This document shows, piece by piece, positions 1-9,263 of a stretch of 64,000 nt of DNA. A model generated the notes under the pieces. That model did no database searches. It saw only the letters and a program-made list of their open reading frames with translations, and had not been told where the DNA came from. A program made the translations under genes and the position numbers. Positions within the stretch are counted from its first letter, which is position 1. The number at the start of each line of letters is the position of its first letter. Origin of the DNA: Nitrospirota bacterium (lineage in GTDB: Bacteria > Nitrospirota > Nitrospiria > 2-01-FULL-66-17); NCBI GenBank assembly GCA_049325335.1, contig JBMOMC010000011.1, positions 52,926 through 116,925 of the forward strand, written 5' to 3'.

Positions 1-71
1 GACCCCGGAGGTGGACCCCGGAGGTGGACCCCGGAGGTGGACCCCGGAGGTGGACCCCGGAGGTGGACCCC
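1..71 (+). repeat. 13-bp perfect tandem repeat (GACCCCGGAGGTG) x5 plus a partial copy, running off the window start
   Basis: Identical units at 1, 14, 27, 40 and 53, then a partial GACCCC at 66-71; no spacers. Confidence 0.97.
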
Positions 72-130
72 ATGGCGAGTTGATCGTGCTCGTCTTACGG
101 ATTGGACCGAGAGGGGGAGTGTCCCGGTGA
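71..130 (+). pseudogene. C-terminal remnant of a RelE/ParE-family toxin
   Basis: Frame 71-130 reads HGELIVLVLRIGPRGGVSR*, resembling the RelE C-terminal pattern (hydrophobic strand then IGxRxxVY). Its TGA overlaps the antitoxin GTG (GTGA at 127-130). Confidence 0.6.
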
Positions 131-540
131 GCGTACAAATTCTTAAAAAGGACGGGAAGCCCGAGTGGGCGGTGCTTCCGTATGATGAATACCGGAAGTT
201 GCTTGACGCCGCGGAAGTCTCTGAAGACGTGGCGGTCTATCGTGCCGCCAAGGCTATTCCGGAAGAAGAATTGGTGCCGGCTGAGGTGGTCAACCGGATT
301 CTGGACGGCGAGTCGGCGGTCACGGTTTGGCGCGAACATCGCGGGATGACGCAAGCGGCGCTGGCAAAGGCGGCGGGACTCAGCACTGCGTACGTGTCGC
401 AAATCGAGGCGGGAAAGCGGGTGGGAACCGTCACCGCGCTCCGCGGTATTGCCAAAGCCCTCAACGTCGGACTCGATGAGTTGGCGCCGTCTTCAGGCCG
501 TCGTGCTCGAAGACTGAACCCGAAGGGTCGTGCTGCCTGA
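127..540 (+). CDS. XRE-family HTH protein, HigA-like antitoxin
   Basis: GTG start after GGGGGAG; N-terminus SVQILKKDGKPEWAVLPYDEY; HTH WREHRGMTQAALAKAAGLSTAYVSQIEAGKR. Confidence 0.85.
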   Translation: MSVQILKKDGKPEWAVLPYDEYRKLLDAAEVSEDVAVYRAAKAIPEEELVPAEVVNRILDGESAVTVWREHRGMTQAALAKAAGLSTAYVSQIEAGKRVGTVTALRGIAKALNVGLDELAPSSGRRARRLNPKGRAA

Positions 541-544
541 GGAA

Positions 545-1690
545 CTACTTGTCAGAGGACGCGAAGAACCGCTGGTGGGCTCCACCAGCGTCGATTGCCC
601 GCCGCGCACGATCGGCTCCGTCGGTGAGCGTTTCGGTTTGTCCCGCCTGACGTAAGATCATCGCCGCAGCCAACACCAGGCTGTCCCTCATCGGTCCCGT
701 TGTTCCCTTCAGGGCGTTTATGCCGGCCTCAGCCGTCGGTTCAGCGAGACGTGAGAGATCGTGTTCCTGGGACGTTTCATCGAAGACTTCATCTTCCGAT
801 CCTTGACTGCTCTTCGATGTGATGGGAACCGACCGCACCGTGGACTCGATGCCCGCGTCTTTGGGGTTGAGTTTCCATTCCTCGTCGGGTTTGCCGCTCT
901 GATATGAAACGACTCTCGTTTGCGCGTTGAGCGAGGGGATGACGCCGCCTTCGATGCCGCGGACTACGAGCGTGGACGCGTAGCCCACGTCGCGGCCGGC
1001 CATGGTGATGGAGCGTTCGTAGCCGGGGTGGACGTAGCCGACGATCAGGTGATTTCTTCCGCGTGCGCGCACCGGGCCGCAGAGTTTTTCCCAGGTCGAG
1101 ATGCACGGGCGTTTGATAATCAAGCGACGCAATTCGGACAGTGCGTCGAGTTCGGGGTGGAATTGCGCCTGGTCCACGTAGGCCCAGCCGATGTTCGGAT
1201 CGGCGATGCGCGCGGCGGCTTCTTCCGGCGTTAGATCCACGCGCAGGCCGGCGGCTTTAAGGATCTGGTGGTGGGTCACGCCGTATTTGGGGCCAAGCGT
1301 TTCGCAGCCGTGCGAGACCGTGGGCACGCCGCAGGCGGCGAGCACGGCGGGGAGGAACGGGGGTGCGGGGAGGTGGCGGGAGAAGCCGTCGTAGGGGTCG
1401 CCGAGGTCAACCAGGTCGGGCACGTCCACGGTCGCGGCGTGCGTGGTGTCGCGCAGTGCGGCGAGCACGCCGAGGTTCTCTTCGTCGGTCTCCCGCTTCA
1501 TTCTTAGCGCGACGAGGAACACGCCGGATCGCACGGGATCAACGGCACGTCGCAGCACGAGGTTCATCCCGTCGCGCGCTTCCTCCCTCGAGAGGTTCTT
1601 GCTCATCTGGGGACCGGTGGCGATCCGCTTTAGATAGGACACCATCCGGTCGTCGGGGGAGAGGGCGGCGAGGTCGGTCGGGGACGTCAT
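545..1690 (-). CDS. Anthranilate phosphoribosyltransferase-like protein (TrpD2/YbiB, glycosyl transferase family 3)
   Basis: N-terminal helical bundle LSREEA..ALRMKRET; PYDGFSR in place of the TrpD GTGGD motif; HG..LGPKYGVT. Confidence 0.8.
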   Translation of the reverse strand: MTSPTDLAALSPDDRMVSYLKRIATGPQMSKNLSREEARDGMNLVLRRAVDPVRSGVFLVALRMKRETDEENLGVLAALRDTTHAATVDVPDLVDLGDPYDGFSRHLPAPPFLPAVLAACGVPTVSHGCETLGPKYGVTHHQILKAAGLRVDLTPEEAAARIADPNIGWAYVDQAQFHPELDALSELRRLIIKRPCISTWEKLCGPVRARGRNHLIVGYVHPGYERSITMAGRDVGYASTLVVRGIEGGVIPSLNAQTRVVSYQSGKPDEEWKLNPKDAGIESTVRSVPITSKSSQGSEDEVFDETSQEHDLSRLAEPTAEAGINALKGTTGPMRDSLVLAAAMILRQAGQTETLTDGADRARRAIDAGGAHQRFFASSDK

Positions 1691-1729
1691 GGGCGGCTCA
1701 GCGTAGGCTGATTCACGGCTGCAGTCAAC

Positions 1730-4700
1730 TCACGACCACGGCGCGCGTCGCGGAGAGCGTTCATGTCGCTCGGTTCGCAATCTGACGACCTTTCGACGCG
1801 CGTTGAGCTCGTCTCGCCATGATCCGGCGCTGACTTGATCGCTGGGCACGGTCCACGTCGGGCCTTTGGCCAGGGCGTGATGCACCTGCTGCGCGATGTC
1901 GGGATCGAGCGTGGTGGCGATCTCAAACGCCGCGCCTTGTCGCGACCCCACCGGTCGGCCCGCGATGAACGCCACGCACGAGCTAGCCTGAGCCGGGACG
2001 CGATCGCCGGAAGTGATGATCCCCACGAGGTTGGCCGGATCAGTCGCGGACACAATGACCGGCGTGGAATCGGCCGCCGCATCGCGCAATCGGCGCAGCG
2101 GCTCGATGGTCTCAGGCAAGGCGTACTGTTCGCCGCCCACGCCCGCCACGAACCGGCCGCCGCGGATTTCACCGCGGGACTCCAATCTGCGAAACACGGA
2201 GAGCAGGCGCGACCAAGGCGGGGCCGCGTCTTCGCGCGTAAGCAGCTCTCGAAACACGACCCCGTAACGCCGCAGAAGTTGGCGCGCCCACGGTTCGAGG
2301 ATCTCGTCGGTGAGGTAATCGTCGGAGGGGGCCGGTCTCGACAACAGGGTCCAGCGCCCCACGCCGCGGCTGGGCGTTCTGGCCTGGCGGTGGCGACCGC
2401 GGTGTTGGCGTTTGGCATCGACCAGTGCTCGTACGCCCGCGAACCCGTCCTGCGTGGCTACGCCCACCGCGGCCAACTCCCAGAGCGCGACCGTCACTTC
2501 GGCCGGGAGCAGGCGTGTGGATGACGCGAGGTCGGACACGAACGACGCGCCTTGGCGGCTCAAGGCGTCCCACACGGTCCTGGCTTTGGGGCTGACGGGA
2601 GGTGGCTCTTTTTGCGCCGCCCTCCAACTGACCCAGGGCAATGCCTCACGCGCCAGCAATGACAGCGGGACTGTCCGGCCCGGCGTTCGTTGGGCAGCGC
2701 GCTCGCCGTCACCGGTCGAGCTGGTGGGCGGGGTAACGCGCGCCCACATGAGTTCGCCCGACAAGCACAGGTCGTCCAGCCACTGCGGATCATAATCCGC
2801 CACGCGGGCGGGCAGGATGTCGCGCTCCCAGGCGATGGCCGGGATGTCGAAGCCCTGTAATTGGTCGAACGCATCGCGTAGGCCGTGGCGTCCTCGGACC
2901 TGCGCGCCGGGCGAAAGGTGCGTCCACTGAAGCAGGAATCGAATATACGTATCAGGGCTCGCGGGTTCGATTTGCCGACGGAGACCGTCGAGCGTCAACC
3001 GGTGAATACGAGCGAGCAGACGCCGCGCGCACCACTCCGTCTCTGCAGCGTTCGGCGTGAACGTACCGCGAAGCACGAAGCCCTCGTGTTCGAGCGCGAG
3101 CAGGGCGCGGTCGATTCGCGATAATGGAATTCCGCTATGACGTGATAAGTCGTTGCCGGTGATCGGTCCGGAGACTTCGAGTCGACCGCGGACCAGAGTG
3201 AGGTCGGCGTCTTCCTGGCTGACCGACGGCGCGGCGGCGTGGCGAGCGACTTCAAAGGCGGCACGCATGTCGGACCGCGAAACCTCGACGATTGGCCAAC
3301 GTTCAACCGCGATCCAGGATTGGCGGCCGATTTCATCGGTGCCGATGACGGCGCGCTTTGCTCGTACTAGTTCCTCGAACTGTGAACCCCACGCCTGTCC
3401 CTCATCACTCGACACCAGTCCGATCAGCATCAGCGCGTCATACAGTTCGTCCGCATCCCGAACCAAAGGCCAGGCTTCGCGCTGGACGCGTTCGATGGCT
3501 TCGGGGTCCAACGTCCCCAGGTCGCGGACGGATTCCACGGTCAACGTCCTGCGAGTAGCCACGGCGCGCGCGCGGCGCTCTTCCAGCGGGGCGTCGTCGA
3601 GGAACGCGTAGGGGTTGGCGTTGAGGATTTCGTACGCGAATGGGGAGGGCTCGCGGGTGTCGATCGGGGTGATGGCGATCGCGCCGGACTCGATGCCTCG
3701 CAACAGATTGGCAAGCCCGTCGAGGTCGCACGCCTCGTGTAAGCAGTCGTGCATGGTCTGCCACACGAGCGGGTGGTCCGGGATCTCAATGTCCGGGCCG
3801 GTCAGATTCTCCGGACATGCCATCTGCTGGGGAAAGACCGCGACCATCAAGTCATCCGACCGCATGCGTTGCAACGGCGGGGGCACGCGGCGGCCGTGTT
3901 GCTGTCGCGGCACCGCGAGCGCGCGGTTGGCATTCCAACGCCAGCGCGTGGCAAAAATCGGGGAGCCCAACACGGCTTGGGTCAGGATATGCTCGGTCTG
4001 AGAGGACGGGAGCATCATCGGCACGTCCGACAACGGAAAGCTTTGCTGCGGGCCGAGCGAGAGCACGATCCCGTCGTCGTCCGCGCTGGCTTGCAGCTCG
4101 AAGTCGAACGTACGGCAGAAGCGTTTGCGCAGCGCCAGCCCCCACGCGCGGTTGATGCGTCCGCCGTAGGGCGAGTGGATCACGAGCTGCATGCCGCCTG
4201 ATTCGTCGAAGAAGCGCTCGATCAACACGTGGTCGCGCGTGGGCAGGAGTCCCACCGCGGCGAGTTGCGCCTGGACATACGAGACGATTTCCCGGGCCGC
4301 GGAGTCTGCAACCAGGCTTTCGGTGGTCAGCCATTGCGCCGCGGCATCGGGATCGCCCATGCGGGTCGCCAATTCGCGCCGCAGGTCCGAAAGCGCCACG
4401 GACAACTCCGCGGTGCGCGAGGGCGCTTCACCTCGCCAGAAGGGAATGGTCGGCGGCGCGCCGTGCGCGTCGTGCACCACCACGTCGCCCGCGCGCACGT
4501 ACTGAATCTGCCACGACGTGTTCCCGAGCAGGAAGATGTCGCCCGACATGCTCTCGACCGCAAAATCCTCATCGACCGATCCCACCACGGTGTGATCCGG
4601 TTCCGCGACCACGCGATAATCCGCCAGTTCCGGAATGGCGCCGCCGGAGGTGAGCGCGGTCAGGCGCGCGGCGCGGCGGGCCTTGATGCGTTTCCCGATC

Positions 4701-6133
4701 CGATCGTGGTGCAGGTACGCACCGGCGCGGCCCACGCGCGTGGCGTACCCTTCGGCGAGCATGGACACGACCTGGTCGAACCGTTCGCGTGACAGGCGCC
4801 GATACGGCCAGGCCGAGCGGAACCGTCGATAGAGGTCGACTTCCGGCCATTCGTCGCACGCGGTTTCCGCCACGATCTGTTGCGCGAGAATGTCCAGCGG
4901 CGCTTCCGGAATCACCACGCGATCCAGCTCGCCGCGACGCACCGACCGGATCAACGCGGCGCACTCCATTAGTTCGTCGCGCGTCAACGGGAACAGGCGG
5001 CCGCGCGGCACGTGGCCCAGGGCGTGACCTGACCGGCCCACGCGCTGGAGGAACACGGCGATCGAACGTGGCGACCCGATCTGCACCACTAAGTCAATGA
5101 AGCCCACGTCAATCCCGAGTTCAAGCGATGCGGTGGCGACCACGGCCATGAGGTCGCCGGATTTGAGGCGCAGTTCCGTGTTCCGGCGGATCTTCTTGGA
5201 GAGGCTGCCGTGGTGAGAGAGCACGGCGCCGTCCCCGAGGCGTTCGGACAGTCGCAGCGTGATGCGTTCGGCCAACCGTCGCGTGTTCACGAACACGATG
5301 GTGCTGCGATGAGCCGCGATCAACTCCGCGACGCGCGTGTACACTTCGTCCCACTGCTCATTCGAGCACACCGCGGCGAGGTCGGTCGGCGGGACGTTGA
5401 TCGCCAGATCCAACTCGCGTCGGTGTCCCACGTCTACGATCGCGCAATCCGGCATGCCATCCGGTTTTACACGATCGGTCCCGATCAAGAAGCGGGCGAT
5501 CTCATCGATGGGGGCTTGCGTGGCGGACAGGCCCACGCGCACCGGGCGGCGCTCACATAAGGCGTCGAGCCGCGCGAGCGACAATGCCAGGTGCGACCCG
5601 CGTTTGTCGCGTGCGACCGCGTGGATCTCGTCCACGATCACGGTCTCCACGGTTCGCAACAGGGCGCGGCCTTTGACCGACGTCAGTAGGAGATAGAGCG
5701 ATTCCGGCGTGGTGACCACGATGTGGGGCGGGCGACGGGTCATGCGCTGCCGCTCCGCCGCAGGCGTGTCCCCGGTGCGGACCGCCACGCGGATGGGCGG
5801 CAAACGGCGGTCGGAGGCGGCAACCGCGCGTTCGATAATTTCCTCCAACGGGCTGGTCAGATTCCGCTCCACATCGTGGCTGAGCGCTTTCAGCGGAGAG
5901 ATGTAGAGGACGCGGGTCTGGTCGGTCAGGGTGCCATGCAGGGCGCTCCTCAAGAGACGGTCGATGGAGGCGAGGAACGCCGCGAGCGTTTTCCCCGACC
6001 CGGTCGGCGCGGCGATCAGCGTATCGCGATGGGCGGCGATATGCGGCCACCCGAGACGCTGGGCCTCGGTGGGCTCGCCGAAGCGGTGCCGGAACCACTC
6101 GTTCACCACGGGGTGAAACATTGAGAGCGGCAT
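1730..6133 (-). CDS. lhr: Lhr-family ATP-dependent DEAD/DEAH helicase (long form)
   Basis: APTGSGKT, DEIH, SAT, SLELGID and QRVGRSGH motifs; C-terminal LLRRYGVV/RGGRFV region; start ATG at 6133 (MPLSMFHPVVNEWF). Confidence 0.92.
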   Translation of the reverse strand: MPLSMFHPVVNEWFRHRFGEPTEAQRLGWPHIAAHRDTLIAAPTGSGKTLAAFLASIDRLLRSALHGTLTDQTRVLYISPLKALSHDVERNLTSPLEEIIERAVAASDRRLPPIRVAVRTGDTPAAERQRMTRRPPHIVVTTPESLYLLLTSVKGRALLRTVETVIVDEIHAVARDKRGSHLALSLARLDALCERRPVRVGLSATQAPIDEIARFLIGTDRVKPDGMPDCAIVDVGHRRELDLAINVPPTDLAAVCSNEQWDEVYTRVAELIAAHRSTIVFVNTRRLAERITLRLSERLGDGAVLSHHGSLSKKIRRNTELRLKSGDLMAVVATASLELGIDVGFIDLVVQIGSPRSIAVFLQRVGRSGHALGHVPRGRLFPLTRDELMECAALIRSVRRGELDRVVIPEAPLDILAQQIVAETACDEWPEVDLYRRFRSAWPYRRLSRERFDQVVSMLAEGYATRVGRAGAYLHHDRIGKRIKARRAARLTALTSGGAIPELADYRVVAEPDHTVVGSVDEDFAVESMSGDIFLLGNTSWQIQYVRAGDVVVHDAHGAPPTIPFWRGEAPSRTAELSVALSDLRRELATRMGDPDAAAQWLTTESLVADSAAREIVSYVQAQLAAVGLLPTRDHVLIERFFDESGGMQLVIHSPYGGRINRAWGLALRKRFCRTFDFELQASADDDGIVLSLGPQQSFPLSDVPMMLPSSQTEHILTQAVLGSPIFATRWRWNANRALAVPRQQHGRRVPPPLQRMRSDDLMVAVFPQQMACPENLTGPDIEIPDHPLVWQTMHDCLHEACDLDGLANLLRGIESGAIAITPIDTREPSPFAYEILNANPYAFLDDAPLEERRARAVATRRTLTVESVRDLGTLDPEAIERVQREAWPLVRDADELYDALMLIGLVSSDEGQAWGSQFEELVRAKRAVIGTDEIGRQSWIAVERWPIVEVSRSDMRAAFEVARHAAAPSVSQEDADLTLVRGRLEVSGPITGNDLSRHSGIPLSRIDRALLALEHEGFVLRGTFTPNAAETEWCARRLLARIHRLTLDGLRRQIEPASPDTYIRFLLQWTHLSPGAQVRGRHGLRDAFDQLQGFDIPAIAWERDILPARVADYDPQWLDDLCLSGELMWARVTPPTSSTGDGERAAQRTPGRTVPLSLLAREALPWVSWRAAQKEPPPVSPKARTVWDALSRQGASFVSDLASSTRLLPAEVTVALWELAAVGVATQDGFAGVRALVDAKRQHRGRHRQARTPSRGVGRWTLLSRPAPSDDYLTDEILEPWARQLLRRYGVVFRELLTREDAAPPWSRLLSVFRRLESRGEIRGGRFVAGVGGEQYALPETIEPLRRLRDAAADSTPVIVSATDPANLVGIITSGDRVPAQASSCVAFIAGRPVGSRQGAAFEIATTLDPDIAQQVHHALAKGPTWTVPSDQVSAGSWRDELNARRKVVRLRTERHERSPRRAPWS

Positions 6134-6201
6134 GGTTATCCGTATAATACCGGCTCCGAGGCGTGAAAGGCACGGGGATGAAACGTGATGAACGGCATCT
6201 C

Positions 6202-6271
6202 CCGTCGTCCCCGCGAAGGCGGAGGCCAGAGATTTTGTGGGCTCCGGATTCCCGCCGAGGCGGAGTGACGG
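6202..6271. repeat. Degenerate REP-like inverted repeat (CGTC..CCCGCGAAGGCGG...GGATTCCCGCC..GACG type)
   Basis: Intergenic ccgtcgtccccgcgaaggcggaggcca...ccggattcccgccgaggcggagtgacgg with complementary ends. Confidence 0.55.
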
Positions 6272-6351
6272 CAAGAAGACCTAAGTTGACAGTCGCCCCC
6301 CGAGCGCCTAGGATCGGGCGGTTGCAGCACGTGATTGATCCGGAGGACGCG

Positions 6352-6780
6352 ATGAGCGACCTGTTGCCCACATTGTGCCCCATGTTCAAAGAAGAGGTGT
6401 ACCGACGCACCCGAAGGATCAGCAATCTGACCGTCGGCGGATCAGCCGGGTTGGTCGCGGGGATGTTGTGGTTTGCGACGTGGGCGGATGAGTTCGGTGA
6501 TGTGGAACGCATGGTGTGCGCGGTGGCCGTACTCGTATTCGTCGGCACCCTGCTGCACCAAGTCTCGCGGGAGGCGGCGCGCCACGCGGGCGCGAAAGAG
6601 GCATTGATTCGGGTTGAACGAGCGCTGGGCCTGTTCGAGCCCGGTCGCCATCTGCCCGGGGACGCATTGTACCCGGACGCGTGGATGAAGGCGCCGCCGC
6701 GCTCGCGCGCGACCCGCGCGGCGGAGGTGGTGCTCACGGTTCTGGGAGTGTTGTTCGTTCTGGAAATCTTCTGGGCCTAA
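6352..6780 (+). CDS. Hypothetical membrane protein (about 3 TM segments)
   Basis: ATG at 6352 after GGAGG; hydrophobic segments; no family recognised. Confidence 0.65.
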   Translation: MSDLLPTLCPMFKEEVYRRTRRISNLTVGGSAGLVAGMLWFATWADEFGDVERMVCAVAVLVFVGTLLHQVSREAARHAGAKEALIRVERALGLFEPGRHLPGDALYPDAWMKAPPRSRATRAAEVVLTVLGVLFVLEIFWA

Positions 6781-6790
6781 CCATCCTGCT

Positions 6791-6830
6791 GGGAAGGGCC
6801 GGCCACCCGACATAGATACCGGCCCTTCCC
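6791..6830. terminator. Hairpin between convergent genes, possible terminator
   Basis: GGGAAGGGCCGG-16 nt-CCGGCCCTTCCC gives a 12-bp stem; no U tract. Confidence 0.5.
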
Positions 6831-6837
6831 GGAGGGG

Positions 6838-8451
6838 TCACTCGGCTGATTTCACATACACTGCGGCGTATTCGATGCCGCGGTCGGTCCGAATAAACCG
6901 GCCCAACACGCCGATCCGTTGTCCGACCAGCTCGGGCCCAAAACTCAGATCCGGCGCAAACACCGTGGTCGTGGTCACGCGCACGCGAAGCACGGCTTCG
7001 ACCAGCACGCCGTGCGGGGTGCTCACCAGCCCGTTGGCCGTGCCGACGCGCAACAGGAACGACCCCACGCTTGGGTCACTGGGATCCGATTCAACGTCCG
7101 TCACGAGTCCGACCAAGGCATGGCCGGGCAACACCACCACGCGGGCGGCCAGGAAGGTCACGCCGCCGGGCGCGCTCGCGTCCGGCGCCAAACGACCCCA
7201 CACCCGTACCAGCGATCCCGCGTGGATCAGCAATGGGCACGGCAGATCGTGCTGCGTGTGCACCGTGATCGTGTCGTTCGGGAGGGTCACTCCGGCTAAG
7301 GCCAGGCGCGCGAGCAATCGACGCGGCCCGATCTTGACCGACAGCGTGTCGTCCGTCGCACAGGCGGCGATGTCGGTGACCACGCCGGCAAAGCGATCGC
7401 CGCGAATGCGGATCACCTTCGCCTGCAACACACCCGACTCGTCCCGGTCTCCGCCGACGCGAACGAGCTGGCCGTTCGCCAAGTCGGCGGTCGTGAGTGT
7501 CTGCCCGCGAAACCGGACCCGCGTATCGTTCGTGTACTGCACAGCGATGGGATCGCGGTGCACGTGCACCAGGTGGAAGGTCCCGGCCGTTGCATCGAGA
7601 TTCGCGATCACGCCCACGTCCGCGTACCGTTGGCGCACGAGGTGAACCATCTCGGCCGCCAATCGTCCATCGGCTTGGAGCGTGCCTTCGACGTGGACGA
7701 GCAGGCCCGCGTGCAGGTCGGAGAACGCGGCCTCGCCGTGGTGGGACACGAACGCCGTTTCGTCGGTGACCACGATCACGATGCGCGAGCCGGCCACGGT
7801 GCGCAGCTCGAACGTGCGCGCATCCGCGTCAACCGACGCGACCACGCCGCGCACATCGTCCACCAGCGGGTTGTCCGGATCATCGGCGTTCAACCCGGTG
7901 CTGACAAAGATTTGCGGCCGAAGGATCAGGCGGCCGTTCCCGGTCTCCGTGAGCTTGAGCGAATCCTCGGCGGAGAAGTCCAACTGGATCGTGAGCGAGC
8001 CTCCATCAACAACGTCCACGTGGCCTTGGAAATTCAAGTCAACGTGTCCGTTGGCGACGATGGTCACGTCTTGGACCGTGCCGTCGGGCCAGGTGACCGA
8101 GGCGTCACGGATTCCTAATCGCACCTTGGTATACCGCCCCGCGGGTACCGCCGCGGTCGCGAGGATCTGGTTGATGCCGTCCAGGTCCAGGATATTGACT
8201 GTAATCGGTTCGCCGTCCGGCAGCGGAAGGTCGATGGGGCCATCGTCGCCGATCAACGCCGCCGACTCGATCGTCACGGTCAGGGCATCGAGCTCGTCGG
8301 CGGGTGCATCGGTCATGGCTAGCGTGACGGTCCCGGCGGCCGGCTCGTTCCCCGCGCCTGATCCGCTGCACGCTGATAGGCCTGCCAGGGCGAAGAGTCC
8401 AAAGACCATGCCCAGCACGCGGGCGCCGAATGGGGGATGGTGTTGTTTCAT
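6838..8451 (-). CDS. Lipoprotein with DUF4382-like N-terminal domain and repeated DUF5666-like beta domains
   Basis: Lipobox LSAC; LAMTDAP and PAGRYTKVRL motifs; repeated units such as V.TDET.F...DL.AG..V.VEG. Confidence 0.8.
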   Translation of the reverse strand: MKQHHPPFGARVLGMVFGLFALAGLSACSGSGAGNEPAAGTVTLAMTDAPADELDALTVTIESAALIGDDGPIDLPLPDGEPITVNILDLDGINQILATAAVPAGRYTKVRLGIRDASVTWPDGTVQDVTIVANGHVDLNFQGHVDVVDGGSLTIQLDFSAEDSLKLTETGNGRLILRPQIFVSTGLNADDPDNPLVDDVRGVVASVDADARTFELRTVAGSRIVIVVTDETAFVSHHGEAAFSDLHAGLLVHVEGTLQADGRLAAEMVHLVRQRYADVGVIANLDATAGTFHLVHVHRDPIAVQYTNDTRVRFRGQTLTTADLANGQLVRVGGDRDESGVLQAKVIRIRGDRFAGVVTDIAACATDDTLSVKIGPRRLLARLALAGVTLPNDTITVHTQHDLPCPLLIHAGSLVRVWGRLAPDASAPGGVTFLAARVVVLPGHALVGLVTDVESDPSDPSVGSFLLRVGTANGLVSTPHGVLVEAVLRVRVTTTTVFAPDLSFGPELVGQRIGVLGRFIRTDRGIEYAAVYVKSAE

Positions 8452-8489
8452 GATGCGGTCTCCTGTGAAAGAGGGTTTATACCCCTTTC

Positions 8490-8515
8490 AACACACCACC
8501 CGGGGAAAAGTTTCA
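8490..8515 (-). promoter_or_regulatory. Putative ECF sigma promoter TGAAAC-N16-TGTT
   Basis: Minus strand TGAAACTTTTccccgggtggtgTGTT, about 40 nt upstream of the lipoprotein start; matches the site at 11107-11132. Confidence 0.65.
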
Positions 8516-8995
8516 GCGTTTTGGGGCGCGATTGAGACGATTGAGCAATCGCTGTTGTTGCGTGGGGGTCAGTTGATTGAACCGCGGCGAACGTTCAAGG
8601 ACCTCGCGCCGTTGGTCCGGGGGAAGGCGTTTGATCCGCTCCAGACGCTGGTGAATCCGTTGACGCTGCTCGGGTGAAAGATCGCGCCAGGTGTGAAAGT
8701 TGCTCCGGACTCGCGCCTGGTCGTCCGGGGACAATGCGCGGAAGCGGCGAAAGCGCTCGATCAGTTCCCGGCGTTTCTCCGGCGACAACCCTTGAAACCG
8801 TTGCCAGCGCTCGTGCAATGCCTCGCGCTCGGCCGGCGAGAGGTGCTCCCAACGCGCACGGTTACGATCGTCGATCGCAACATCGTCGCCGGGGGGCGAT
8901 GCCCCGGTTTCCGCCGCCGATGCCGTTCTCGCGTGGAGAACTGGTCCTGCGACCACCACGCCGAGGATGAAAAGCCCTACGAGTCTGCGGACCAT
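8513..8995 (-). CDS. Exported helical-repeat protein, DUF3106-like
   Basis: Signal peptide; repeats of the form W/F..LSPE.R..L.ER. Confidence 0.8.
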   Translation of the reverse strand: MVRRLVGLFILGVVVAGPVLHARTASAAETGASPPGDDVAIDDRNRARWEHLSPAEREALHERWQRFQGLSPEKRRELIERFRRFRALSPDDQARVRSNFHTWRDLSPEQRQRIHQRLERIKRLPPDQRREVLERSPRFNQLTPTQQQRLLNRLNRAPKR

Positions 8996-8996
8996 A

Positions 8997-9263
8997 TTAA
9001 AACTCCTCTTCAGGGGGTTCCGGCGTCTTGACCGCGTCGAGCACCTCCAGTGATTCGAGCAGGTCGAGATGTTCGAGCAAATCCAAGTGACGGATCAATT
9101 CCTCGTCCTGTTCCACACGCGCGGGTTCGGCCACGGTCGGCCGAGCCTGGTCGGGTTTCGCGCGGTCAGGCGTCGGCCAGGCCGCGGGGTCGGACCCCTC
9201 CGCCGCAAGAGCGGTCGCGGCGGACCACAACACGAACAGGGTCCCGAGGAGCCTCGTCACCAT
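8997..9263 (-). CDS. Small exported protein with an acidic-leucine C-terminal motif
   Basis: Signal peptide ending ATALA; C-terminal DEELIRHLDLLEHLDLLESLEVL; tightly coupled to both neighbours. Confidence 0.7.
   Translation of the reverse strand: MVTRLLGTLFVLWSAATALAAEGSDPAAWPTPDRAKPDQARPTVAEPARVEQDEELIRHLDLLEHLDLLESLEVLDAVKTPEPPEEEF

Noticed and set aside
1..71. Possible CRISPR array
   Set aside because: The repeats are 13 bp, directly tandem, have no spacers, and no cas genes are in the window
37..126. N-terminal extension of the XRE ORF given in the ORF track
   Set aside because: It derives from the tandem repeat; GTG at 127 has an RBS and gives a family-typical N-terminus
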